A DNA stretch of 42,604 bases. Source: a virus (taxonomy: Duplodnaviria > Caudoviricetes). The first letter of the stretch is position 1; each line of letters begins with the position of its first letter. The notes beneath the pieces were generated by a model, which was not told the DNA's origin, searched no databases, and was given only the letters and a program-made list of their open reading frames with translations. The translations under genes were made by a program, and so were the position numbers. The stretch covers positions 1-42,604 of IMG/VR virus record IMGVR_UViG_3300037851_000393, one strand, 5' to 3'. Positions 8,158-16,365 of this stretch are shown piece after piece.

Positions 8158-10316
8158 TACGTGTTCCACCCCAGTCCGTTGCCCGAGTTCCAGAGATCGG
8201 TCCGTTCCGATGAATCGAGGCAGTAGTCCCACGTCGCGAACTGATCCAGATACGCCTTCGTTGGCGAACCTGCGCCCCAGTAACTGCCGGCCCGGTCCCA
8301 ACCGTACACGCATCCCACCGAGTTGTTCTTGATCGCGGCGGTGGTCCCCGCGGTCCCGCTCGTCGCCAACAGGGTATTGTCGCAGTAGATGCGCACGTAC
8401 TTGTCACTCGGGTCGTAGGTCATGATCGCAAGGTGCCACGCGTCGTCGAAGAAGCTGGTGCCGGTCGTGAACGCGGATACTACGTTGCCGGCGGTGTCAC
8501 GCACGAAGCCGTTTGGTCGACCAGCGGCAGAGCACCGGAAGGCCCAGCCGAGATCCGTTGCCGTATTCTCACTGCCGAACCCCACCTGCACGCCGGGATT
8601 TTCGTTCGTACGGCGGAACCACACCGCCCAGGTGGCACCGTTACCAGCGATTCCGCACTGCGCCGAGGCGTTGTACGTGTGTGAGAAATACTCGGAAGTT
8701 GCATTGAAGTCCGCGCAGTTCCCGATTTTACCCGTGGCACTCCCGACGGTGCCGTTCTCCGTCAAGTCCTGGGTCGTTGTGTCGTCCACCCGCGTGCCGC
8801 TTGCTTCTTCGAAAGACCAGTGAGTCATCGCGAGAGCGAGAAGCGGCGGGATCGACGGGCTCGGGCTCGCGCTCTCAGACGACGACGGCGACTGGCTGGC
8901 CGAGGAGCTGGCGCTGATCGACGCGCTCGGCGACTGGCTGGCCGACGGTGACTGCGACGCGGAGGGAGAAGACGAGAGGCTGCGGCTCGGGCTGGCCGAC
9001 GGGGACGCGCTTAGCGAGAAGGACGGCGACATGCTGGTCCCGAAGAACGCAGGCATCGCCTCGCCACCGTTCCAGAGCGCGGCGCGCTCGTCCGCGTTGA
9101 GTGCCTTGTTGAAGACGAGTGCGTGACTGAGCTGGCCGGTCATATAGCCTGCCGCGCTAGTCCCGAGGTAGAAGTTGGTCGCGTTCCCGGAGTCCGCCCC
9201 GGTCCGGGAACACCTCTCCGTATTGTCCACGTAGAGCTTGTGGCTAGTCCCGCCGTCGAAGGTGTAGATGGCCAGGTGCCACTCGCCAGTCGAGAAGAAC
9301 CCGCCAGAGGTATCGGACCCACCCGCCGCATACAGCCCCATCGTCTTGTTGGGGGTCGTGCCACTGTAGTTGACGCTGAATAGCCTCGACCCGTCGGACA
9401 GGGAGCTACCGCAGGAGAACAGCGACGGGTTGCCCGTGTCGGTCTCGGCTTGAAACCAGAGTGCAACGGACCGCGCCGCCCCGCTCGTGATAATGCTTGA
9501 CGCCGTGGCGTTCAGGTACTCGGAGCGCGAAGCCAGAAACCCGGCAGCTGTACCCGGGAGGTTCGCGGGCACGGTGTACGTCGTGCTCGTCACGGTGTTC
9601 GTGTCCGTCAGCGTGTTCGAGCCGTGAGAGTCTGCGCGGTTTCCGCTCGCCTCGTCCATGTTGTGATACGAGAGCAGCCGGTTGCCGTCCTTGAAGTCAG
9701 ACGACAGGTCGGCGTATGCCCGGCCCCGCCCGCGGTTGAAGAGATATTCCAACCCCGCGTCGGTCAGGCAGTAGTTCCACACCCCGGCCCTGCTGATGTT
9801 GCCGGTGAAGTAGGAGCCGATGAAGCCCGCGTAGCCATACGCGAGCTTGTCGTACGTGCCGAGCCACCTCGGGTGCGCCGCCAGCGCCGAGGTGACGACT
9901 GGAGTGCCGAGGTCTACGCTGATCGACCCCATCTTCGTATCCGGGTGGTAACGCAGTACGATGAAGTGCCAGAGCCCGTCGTTTAGCATTTCAGGCCACG
10001 CCGCAGTTGGTCCCTCTGTATTGCTGTTCATCGTGAGGACGAGCCACCCTACCTGGGAGTTTCCATCCCCCAGCGTGAACCCGGAGCCCCAGATCCAGTA
10101 CTCGCCGAGAACGTGGTACCACTCATTCGGCGTCGCGTCGGTCGGGATGCGCATCCAGAATGCCGAGGTCACGCCCCAGCCCCAGTCAAGCGAGTCGCCG
10201 TTGAAGGCGTCGTTCTGCAGCTTCTCAGAGTTCGCCTTGTTGAACGTGGCGACCACGGCATCCGGCCCGACGCCCGGGAACTTGACCGTGTTGTTGTTTG
10301 TGAGGTTCAGTGCCAT
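8157..10316 (-). CDS. LamG/concanavalin-A-like multi-domain tail protein with Ser/Pro tract, 719 aa
   Basis: Three repeats with WHFIVLRY / WHLAIYTFD / WHLAIMTYD cores and LFNRGRG / LWNGGE / LWNSGNG ends; DEASGNRAD and EEASGTRVD starts. Confidence 0.8.
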   Translation of the reverse strand: MALNLTNNNTVKFPGVGPDAVVATFNKANSEKLQNDAFNGDSLDWGWGVTSAFWMRIPTDATPNEWYHVLGEYWIWGSGFTLGDGNSQVGWLVLTMNSNTEGPTAAWPEMLNDGLWHFIVLRYHPDTKMGSISVDLGTPVVTSALAAHPRWLGTYDKLAYGYAGFIGSYFTGNISRAGVWNYCLTDAGLEYLFNRGRGRAYADLSSDFKDGNRLLSYHNMDEASGNRADSHGSNTLTDTNTVTSTTYTVPANLPGTAAGFLASRSEYLNATASSIITSGAARSVALWFQAETDTGNPSLFSCGSSLSDGSRLFSVNYSGTTPNKTMGLYAAGGSDTSGGFFSTGEWHLAIYTFDGGTSHKLYVDNTERCSRTGADSGNATNFYLGTSAAGYMTGQLSHALVFNKALNADERAALWNGGEAMPAFFGTSMSPSFSLSASPSASPSRSLSSSPSASQSPSASQSPSASISASSSASQSPSSSESASPSPSIPPLLALAMTHWSFEEASGTRVDDTTTQDLTENGTVGSATGKIGNCADFNATSEYFSHTYNASAQCGIAGNGATWAVWFRRTNENPGVQVGFGSENTATDLGWAFRCSAAGRPNGFVRDTAGNVVSAFTTGTSFFDDAWHLAIMTYDPSDKYVRIYCDNTLLATSGTAGTTAAIKNNSVGCVYGWDRAGSYWGAGSPTKAYLDQFATWDYCLDSSERTDLWNSGNGLGWNT
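8855..9035 (-). repeat. Coding Ser/Pro tract between LamG domains (approximate bounds)
   Basis: SPSASQSPSASQSPSAS... Confidence 0.9.
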
Positions 10317-10323
10317 GCAGTCC

Positions 10324-11205
10324 TCAGTAGTACAGTCCGAAGCCGGAGTCCCACAGGTCGGAGCGCTCCTGGACGGTCAGGACGCGACTCCAGTACCCTA
10401 CCTCATCGATCCGGTTCGTCGACCATGACGATCCCGAGAGTCCACCCAGGTACAATGTCGCCGCGGTAGCGTCGCGCGTCCCGGAGCTAAGCGCAGGTCC
10501 AGTGTTGCTCGCATTATTGATCCCGTCCCTCACGTAGAGATAGGGGGTCTTATTGTCCGCGTTGTAACTCGCGATTATTAGAGCCCAGTGCGGGCCTGAA
10601 GCGTAGCTGACCCAGTCGTTGTAGAATCCTGAAGCCGATTGGTACTCGGAGCCATTGCCAACTACGAAAGAACCATAATACCCGCCGTTAACGATATACG
10701 CCTGGGTCTGGTTGGGGTAAGCTGCCGCACAGAACAATAGCGCCCCGCTGTTCGCTGGGTTTCCCGGATACCCATCGAAGCCGTACACCCACAGGGAGAG
10801 GGTGTAGCTCGCGGCGAACACGAAGTTCGGGATTGTCAGTGTCCTCTGCTCCGTGGCGACGAAGTTCGCCGCGTTTCCGCGCCTACCCGCCGCGTACCCG
10901 GGGTCTCCCGGCCATTCGGCAAGGAAATCCTTCGAGGTAGCGTCGACGCTATCGTAGCGCGTTCCTCGCGTCTCGTTCATGGCCCAATATGACGTGACGT
11001 CTCCAAGCGTCGAGTGCCCGCCGAACGGCGCATAGGCCGGAGCGGAGGGGCTCGCGCTCGCGCTTGCAGACGGCGAAACGCTCGCGGACGGTGATTGGCT
11101 GGCCGAAGGGCTCACGCTGATGCTTGAGCTGGGGGCGTACATACTGTTCGCCCCCAGGTCCGCGTTGAGCGGCCAGTACACCTTGATGTTCTTGAGCATG
11201 GGCAT
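10324..11205 (-). CDS. LamG-like tail protein with short Ser/Pro tract, 293 aa
   Basis: SYWAMNETRGTRYDS, TLSLWV, IDEVGYWSRVLT...LWDSGFG. Confidence 0.75.
   Translation of the reverse strand: MPMLKNIKVYWPLNADLGANSMYAPSSSISVSPSASQSPSASVSPSASASASPSAPAYAPFGGHSTLGDVTSYWAMNETRGTRYDSVDATSKDFLAEWPGDPGYAAGRRGNAANFVATEQRTLTIPNFVFAASYTLSLWVYGFDGYPGNPANSGALLFCAAAYPNQTQAYIVNGGYYGSFVVGNGSEYQSASGFYNDWVSYASGPHWALIIASYNADNKTPYLYVRDGINNASNTGPALSSGTRDATAATLYLGGLSGSSWSTNRIDEVGYWSRVLTVQERSDLWDSGFGLYY
11045..11135 (-). repeat. Coding Ser/Pro tract (approximate bounds)
   Basis: SVSPSASQSPSASVSPSASASASPS. Confidence 0.85.
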
Positions 11206-11211
11206 GGGCGG

Positions 11212-13911
11212 TTACTCCGAGGGGCTCGGGCTGAAGCTGACCGACGGCGACGGCGAGACGCTGGCCGACGGGCTTACGGAGGCCGAGGGTGACTGGCTCG
11301 CCGAGGGCGACTGGCTGGCCGAAGGCGACTGGCTGGCCGACGAGCTGGACGATGGACTTACGGAAGCCGACGGCGAGACGCTGGCCGATACGCTGGACGA
11401 CGGTGACACGCTCGGTGACTCGCTAGACGACGGAGACTCTGACGCCGACGCTGACGCCGACGGGCTCACATCGGACCGCACGAACTGGATCGCGTCCCAC
11501 TCGTTCGGGTTGTTGCCCTGGACGTGGAGTAGTGGCTTCACCACGTTGAGCGGTAGGCAGTCGGCACGCCACATCGGCCGGATCTCCACGACCGCCGTCC
11601 CGCGCTCCGGATCCCAGAGTTCGCGGCCGTACACCTGCTCCATGGTGTGCTGATCCGGCTCGCGCACGATCGAGGCGTCGAGCGTGACGAGTGGCGTGCG
11701 CGCCCCGGCCACGGTGGCGTCCGACTTGAACACGTCCACGAGCGCCGTGTAGAACGTCGCCGGCCCGATGTTTGAGGTGAAGCGCCCGACGCCGATGTAG
11801 TAGTAGGGGTCGGAGAGCGCATCGTCGCTGTCCAGCTCGATGCAGTCCGCGATGTCCTCTCCGAACGCCTCCTCTGCGGAGATCGGGTTGTACGTGACGG
11901 TCCCCGTCCATACGCGGTTCGTGTTGTCCCAGTACTCGACGGACGACGCCGCAGACGGGCTCGCGGACGGTGAGGCTGACGGTGACTGGCTGGGCGACTC
12001 CGAGCCGCTCGGGCTCGTGCTCGCAGACGGGGATACGGATGAGCTGGAGGTCGCGCTCGGGCTGACGCTGGCGGACGGACTCTCGCTTCCGGACGGCGAC
12101 GTGCTGGCAGACTCCGAGACGCTCGCGCTGGCCGAGGGCGTCTGGCTGATGCTTGCGGACGGGCTCTCGCTCGCCGACGGAGTCACGCTCGGGCTAGCGG
12201 AAGGGCTGGCGCTGCCCGACGGGCTCACCGACGCTGAGGCGGTCGAGCTGGCGGACGCCGACGGCGACGTACTGGCCGACGGTGACGTGCTGGCCGACGG
12301 TGACGTGCTAGCCGAGGGGCTCGCCGAGGAGCTTGGGCTCAACGACGGGCTGTTGGTCGAGCTGGGGCTCGCGGACGGCGTCGGGCTCTCGCTTGCGGAA
12401 GGGCTGTAGCTCGCGGAAGGCGACTGACTCGATGACGGGCTCTGCGACGCGGATGTCGATCCCAGGGGCACGAGCCGCTTCAGGTACCACTCTAGGAAGT
12501 CGGTCACGGGATCCGTGATCGTGTGGTTCTTCACCACGACCCTGATGTGGAACCTCTCTCCGGCGTTATAGGAGTGCGTCCCGAGGCTCTTCTCCTTGCC
12601 GCCAGCACCACCGCCCGCGCCGAACACCATCTTGCAGCTCGTGAGGTAGCCTTGCTCCTCGACCATCGGCTGCTCGGATGACTGCGAGGCCGAGAAGTCC
12701 CCGGATGAGCCGGTGGTGACCCACCCTGACTGTGTCAGGTCGTAGTTTCGGGTAAGAACCGTATAGTCCCCGCCGTCCTGCGCCGCGAGGCCATGGTACG
12801 AGAGGTTCGGGTAATTCTCCAGAACTCGGTATACGTTGTTGTCACCGGGACGCGGAGACCACGCATCTTGCAGCCGGGAGTGCTCGAAGCTGCGACCCTT
12901 GTCGATCAGCGCAAGGCCCTGGAGTTCGGGGTTCCACGGCGCGTCGATCCGGTATGCCGCCCACCCGAGGCACGAGTACGGGCGCAAATCGAACACCTCG
13001 TCCGTTGCCTTGAACGACTCAGGCTCGTAGGTTCGGGTGAGGACTTGTCCCGCTCGGCGCTCTAACCGTCGCGCTCCCCACCCCTCGGGCGTGACGCTCG
13101 GGCCGCGAGGGTGCGACAAGTAGACCTTCTCCCCGATAGCTGCGGGGTTCTGGTCCACGAACGTCTTGGGCGTGATGACGTTCCGCGCGCGACGCATCAG
13201 GCGCAGCTCGTAGGACGTGGTGGCGCGGACATTTTCGACGTAGCCGCCGAGGTCCTCGACTTCCAGCGTAACGCTGAGGTACGGCACGCGCAGCTTGTGG
13301 AAAGCATGACCCGGGGTGAAGATCGCACCGGACGAGAGATTGACGCCGATGGCGAAGTGGTTGACGTCGTCCAGAGTGAACGGCCCGCCTTCCGGGTGAG
13401 CAGTCAGCTCGACGGTAGTGTGTTTGAGACTATACCCTCCGTTCGTGTTGATGTTGACGTAGTGCCCGTCGGACTGGTCCCACCCCGGGAACGTGTGGCT
13501 GATCCCGCCGAGGTTTATGTAGCTCCCGGTCCGGCCCCTGAACGCGATCGACATCGAGGGAGCGCCCGAGGTATACGGAGGGAAGATCCACGGCGCTTCC
13601 TCTGGGTTGGGGCCCTCACCCATGGTGGAGGAGCGGTCGAAACCAGAGGAGATCGTGACCTTGGTGAACCGTACGAGCGTCGGCCCCGGCTCGAACCCGA
13701 CGATATGCGAGGTGCCGCCGCCGTACCACCAGCCGCCCCAGAAATATGCGTAGTAGCCAACGCGACCGTAGGTGTCGGCGTAGTCCGCCGACCAGATATC
13801 GTGCAGCTCCGCGCTCGGCGCGTTCACCCACGGATATGGAGACGTCCCTGGGTCGCGCAGGCTGCTACTATAGACGGTATAGGTCGGGCGGAGCTGGAGA
13901 GTACGTTTCAT
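11212..13911 (-). CDS. Large minor tail / tail-tip protein with two Ser/Pro tracts, 899 aa
   Basis: Long ORF downstream of the tape measure; internal tract of about 170 aa and C-terminal tract of about 85 aa. Confidence 0.75.
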   Translation of the reverse strand: MKRTLQLRPTYTVYSSSLRDPGTSPYPWVNAPSAELHDIWSADYADTYGRVGYYAYFWGGWWYGGGTSHIVGFEPGPTLVRFTKVTISSGFDRSSTMGEGPNPEEAPWIFPPYTSGAPSMSIAFRGRTGSYINLGGISHTFPGWDQSDGHYVNINTNGGYSLKHTTVELTAHPEGGPFTLDDVNHFAIGVNLSSGAIFTPGHAFHKLRVPYLSVTLEVEDLGGYVENVRATTSYELRLMRRARNVITPKTFVDQNPAAIGEKVYLSHPRGPSVTPEGWGARRLERRAGQVLTRTYEPESFKATDEVFDLRPYSCLGWAAYRIDAPWNPELQGLALIDKGRSFEHSRLQDAWSPRPGDNNVYRVLENYPNLSYHGLAAQDGGDYTVLTRNYDLTQSGWVTTGSSGDFSASQSSEQPMVEEQGYLTSCKMVFGAGGGAGGKEKSLGTHSYNAGERFHIRVVVKNHTITDPVTDFLEWYLKRLVPLGSTSASQSPSSSQSPSASYSPSASESPTPSASPSSTNSPSLSPSSSASPSASTSPSASTSPSASTSPSASASSTASASVSPSGSASPSASPSVTPSASESPSASISQTPSASASVSESASTSPSGSESPSASVSPSATSSSSVSPSASTSPSGSESPSQSPSASPSASPSAASSVEYWDNTNRVWTGTVTYNPISAEEAFGEDIADCIELDSDDALSDPYYYIGVGRFTSNIGPATFYTALVDVFKSDATVAGARTPLVTLDASIVREPDQHTMEQVYGRELWDPERGTAVVEIRPMWRADCLPLNVVKPLLHVQGNNPNEWDAIQFVRSDVSPSASASASESPSSSESPSVSPSSSVSASVSPSASVSPSSSSSASQSPSASQSPSASQSPSASVSPSASVSPSPSVSFSPSPSE
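11215..11465 (-). repeat. Coding C-terminal Ser/Pro tract (approximate bounds)
   Basis: (SPSASQ/V)n up to the stop codon. Confidence 0.9.
11945..12460 (-). repeat. Longest coding Ser/Pro tract, about 170 aa (approximate bounds)
   Basis: SPSAST x3 and related units; 18-nt periodicity visible near 12260-12310. Confidence 0.9.
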
Positions 13912-14186
13912 CGTCTTGCCTTCAGCGGCGTTATCCCGACTTCAATTCGGCGGTCGTCACACCATCTTTCCGCTTCCTGTCGGGTGGACAACTTCACGTG
14001 GCACTGCTCAGGCCTCGCGTCATAGATCGCGCAGTGCGCCTCCGCCCCGACAAAGAACAGGTGAACGCATGCCGCTTGTCCCCCGACTTTCAGAGTCGGG
14101 TGGGGCGGTGTCAGCGCCTCTGCCGCGCGGCAGCACGCTCCGCACCGGTTGCAGTCAACCGTGTACCAGTACGGACCCTTACTCAA
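13908..14186 (-). CDS. YkgJ-family cysteine-cluster protein (CxxCxxCC)
   Basis: DCNRCGACC...CVHL...CAIYDARPEQC. The start is assumed at TTG 14186 (TTGA overlap); the track gives 14243. Confidence 0.7.
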   Translation of the reverse strand: MSKGPYWYTVDCNRCGACCRAAEALTPPHPTLKVGGQAACVHLFFVGAEAHCAIYDARPEQCHVKLSTRQEAERWCDDRRIEVGITPLKARR

Positions 14187-14902
14187 GACGTCACCCACGC
14201 AGAACCGTTCCAGACGTAGCCGGATGCGAGCGCGGCAGCGCACTCGTCCAGCGTCATAACGTCGGTAATGTCCGTCACGTCGGGCCAGATCGCCAGCTCG
14301 TCTCTCATCGAGCCGATGGGGTCATCTGATGGGTCGATGCTAAGGATGTTCGCGACCCCCAGCCCCGAGATCGACCCGCTCGTGAAGTCGAACGTGATCT
14401 CCACCCCGTCGATCCACAGGCGAGAATCCGGGTAGTCGTACACGATGAAGTAGTGCTTCATCGTGTCAGGGCTCGGAAATCCGCCGGGGTAATAGAGTCT
14501 CTGAACATGCGTGGACTTTGACGCGGCGTACGTAAAGACCTGAACGAAGTCGTTACTGAGATCGCTTTGGCGGAGAAAGCGCAGCGAGTGCCCGCCGAGC
14601 TGAAAGGCGTAGAAAGTCGTTCCTCCTGCTGGTTGGTTATAGTCCAGCCAGTCTTGATCTCCCGATGCGTTCGCCCAGACTGAGACGGCGAAAGGCGTGT
14701 TGGCTGGGACGAACGAGGAGTATGACTTCGACAAGCGATCCGTCTCAAGGCTGCTAGGCAGTTCAGCGGGGGTGCACCGAGGAGGCCGGACCATCCCCTG
14801 GCCGAATACTCCGGCGGGGTACTGGATGTCAACGTCGTAGACTTCTACGCCCAGGTCTGCGGCTGACCCAACTGTCCCGGTGTTGAGAAGTTCGTTAGCC
14901 AT
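14183..14902 (-). CDS. Minor tail protein, LamG-like, 239 aa (MANELLNTG...)
   Basis: ATG at 14902 in a TGATG overlap; FAVSVW, HYFIVYD, LWIDG, DELAIW. Confidence 0.65.
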   Translation of the reverse strand: MANELLNTGTVGSAADLGVEVYDVDIQYPAGVFGQGMVRPPRCTPAELPSSLETDRLSKSYSSFVPANTPFAVSVWANASGDQDWLDYNQPAGGTTFYAFQLGGHSLRFLRQSDLSNDFVQVFTYAASKSTHVQRLYYPGGFPSPDTMKHYFIVYDYPDSRLWIDGVEITFDFTSGSISGLGVANILSIDPSDDPIGSMRDELAIWPDVTDITDVMTLDECAAALASGYVWNGSAWVTS

Positions 14903-16362
14903 CAGGCACCAAAGGCGTAGTAGAACGCGGGCGGCGGGATCGGAGGGGCGGGCTCTGGAGGCAGCGCCGGGTCCGCGGGCGGCGCCGGGTTCAGCAGGCC
15001 CGTCGGATCGTCGAACCTGCACTGCGTCCAGTCGTTGTCGGTCACCAGCTCCAGCGGTTCGGGCAGTGCGGCCACGTCGTGCGCCTCGTAGGACGTGAGG
15101 AACTTCTGGTCGGCTGAGGACCACATGAACGGCATCTTGACGTGCGTATACACCTCGCGCCGGTCGCCAGGCTGGAACGGCACGACGCCGCTCGCGTTAT
15201 CGTGGTGCTTCTGCAAGTCGAGCCACTTCGCGTCGTCTGGGTCCACGTCATCGGGGTCGATCACCCCGATGGCGATCTGCCCGGTCTCCGTCCACCACAT
15301 CCGCACCCAGACGTAGGCGCGGAGGAAGGACTCGACGATCTCGGCCGCGGTACTCGGCTCCTGGTCGCCGCCCACGCGGTGCGCGGACTCGATCTTATGG
15401 AGCGCGAAGAACTCACTGACCGCGTCCCAGCTCGTCGGCTCGCAGATGCTCAGCGGCCCACGCCACCCGCGGAGCGGAGCGGGGCGGTACGTGTACTCTT
15501 CCAGGACGGCCCGCAGCTGGTCCGGCGCTCCGGTCAGCGGCGTCCCGGTCGTCAGCCCGTTCTCGTCCATCGCCTCGCAGTCGAACGAGATCACCACGCC
15601 CTTCTCGGGTTGGTAACCGTTGTAGATCTGGATGATCGTCAGGAAGCTCGACCCGTACACCCCGCGGAGCACGGTCCAGCCGCCCTCGCCCGCCGGCACG
15701 CCGTCGTAGTAGATCCGGGTGATCTCAATCATCCTGTCGACCGAGGCCAGCCACCAAAAACCTTGGTCCTGGTCGTAGCGGATATTGATCGCGGCGACCA
15801 TGCCGCGCGCCGTCACCTGCCACGAGTCGTGGACCCCGAAGACGAGAGGCATCGCGGTCCCGAAGATCGTCGCCTCGCTCGCGGAGCCCCACTCGGCGCG
15901 GTTGTACACGCCCGGCGGGACAGGGGAGCGGAGGAGCGTGTCGTCGGTCTTGAGGATCAGCTTCGTAAAGAGCCCTTCGCGCGCCCAGTCCGTGACGACC
16001 CCTGAGAACCCTGGCTCCCAGTCCGCGAGCGCAAGGCCCGGTGACGCCCAGTCGATCACCGCTTGGCTGCCGCGCGGGTCGTAGGTCTCCAGCATGTTGA
16101 TAAGAGAGCTGTCGGCGTCGGACACGGATACCGAAGTCTCAACGGACTTCAGCCCCTGGTCCGCGATGCCCGAGCCGTACTTGATGGCGCCCCAGCCGCC
16201 CATCTGCGTTACTGCCGTAACGCCGCCCGCCGCCGTCTCGCGCATCGTCGGGGAGTAGATCCCGAGCCCGAGGTCCAACGCGCGGGACACCCACTCTACC
16301 CGGAGGACCGGGAAGGCGGGCTCGCCGCGACGGCGGGCTTCGAGGAGGGCGGCGGACTGCAA
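14902..16362 (-). CDS. Tail-tip / baseplate hub-like protein, 486 aa
   Basis: Immediately after the tape measure; GTAMPLVFG, FSGVV and RMWWTETGQI motifs; Pro-rich C-terminus. Confidence 0.65.
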   Translation of the reverse strand: MQSAALLEARRRGEPAFPVLRVEWVSRALDLGLGIYSPTMRETAAGGVTAVTQMGGWGAIKYGSGIADQGLKSVETSVSVSDADSSLINMLETYDPRGSQAVIDWASPGLALADWEPGFSGVVTDWAREGLFTKLILKTDDTLLRSPVPPGVYNRAEWGSASEATIFGTAMPLVFGVHDSWQVTARGMVAAINIRYDQDQGFWWLASVDRMIEITRIYYDGVPAGEGGWTVLRGVYGSSFLTIIQIYNGYQPEKGVVISFDCEAMDENGLTTGTPLTGAPDQLRAVLEEYTYRPAPLRGWRGPLSICEPTSWDAVSEFFALHKIESAHRVGGDQEPSTAAEIVESFLRAYVWVRMWWTETGQIAIGVIDPDDVDPDDAKWLDLQKHHDNASGVVPFQPGDRREVYTHVKMPFMWSSADQKFLTSYEAHDVAALPEPLELVTDNDWTQCRFDDPTGLLNPAPPADPALPPEPAPPIPPPAFYYAFGA

Positions 16363-16365
16363 GAG

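Noticed and set aside
11840-12409. Plus-strand ORFs rich in DGLAEG/ADGD (also 3202..3669, 11120..11653, 22000..22248)
   Set aside because: They are antisense shadows of the minus-strand Ser/Pro tracts, fully overlapping coherent genes.
11945-12460. Possible CRISPR array or non-coding tandem repeat
   Set aside because: Units are degenerate, 18 nt, in frame and lack unique spacers; no cas genes are present.
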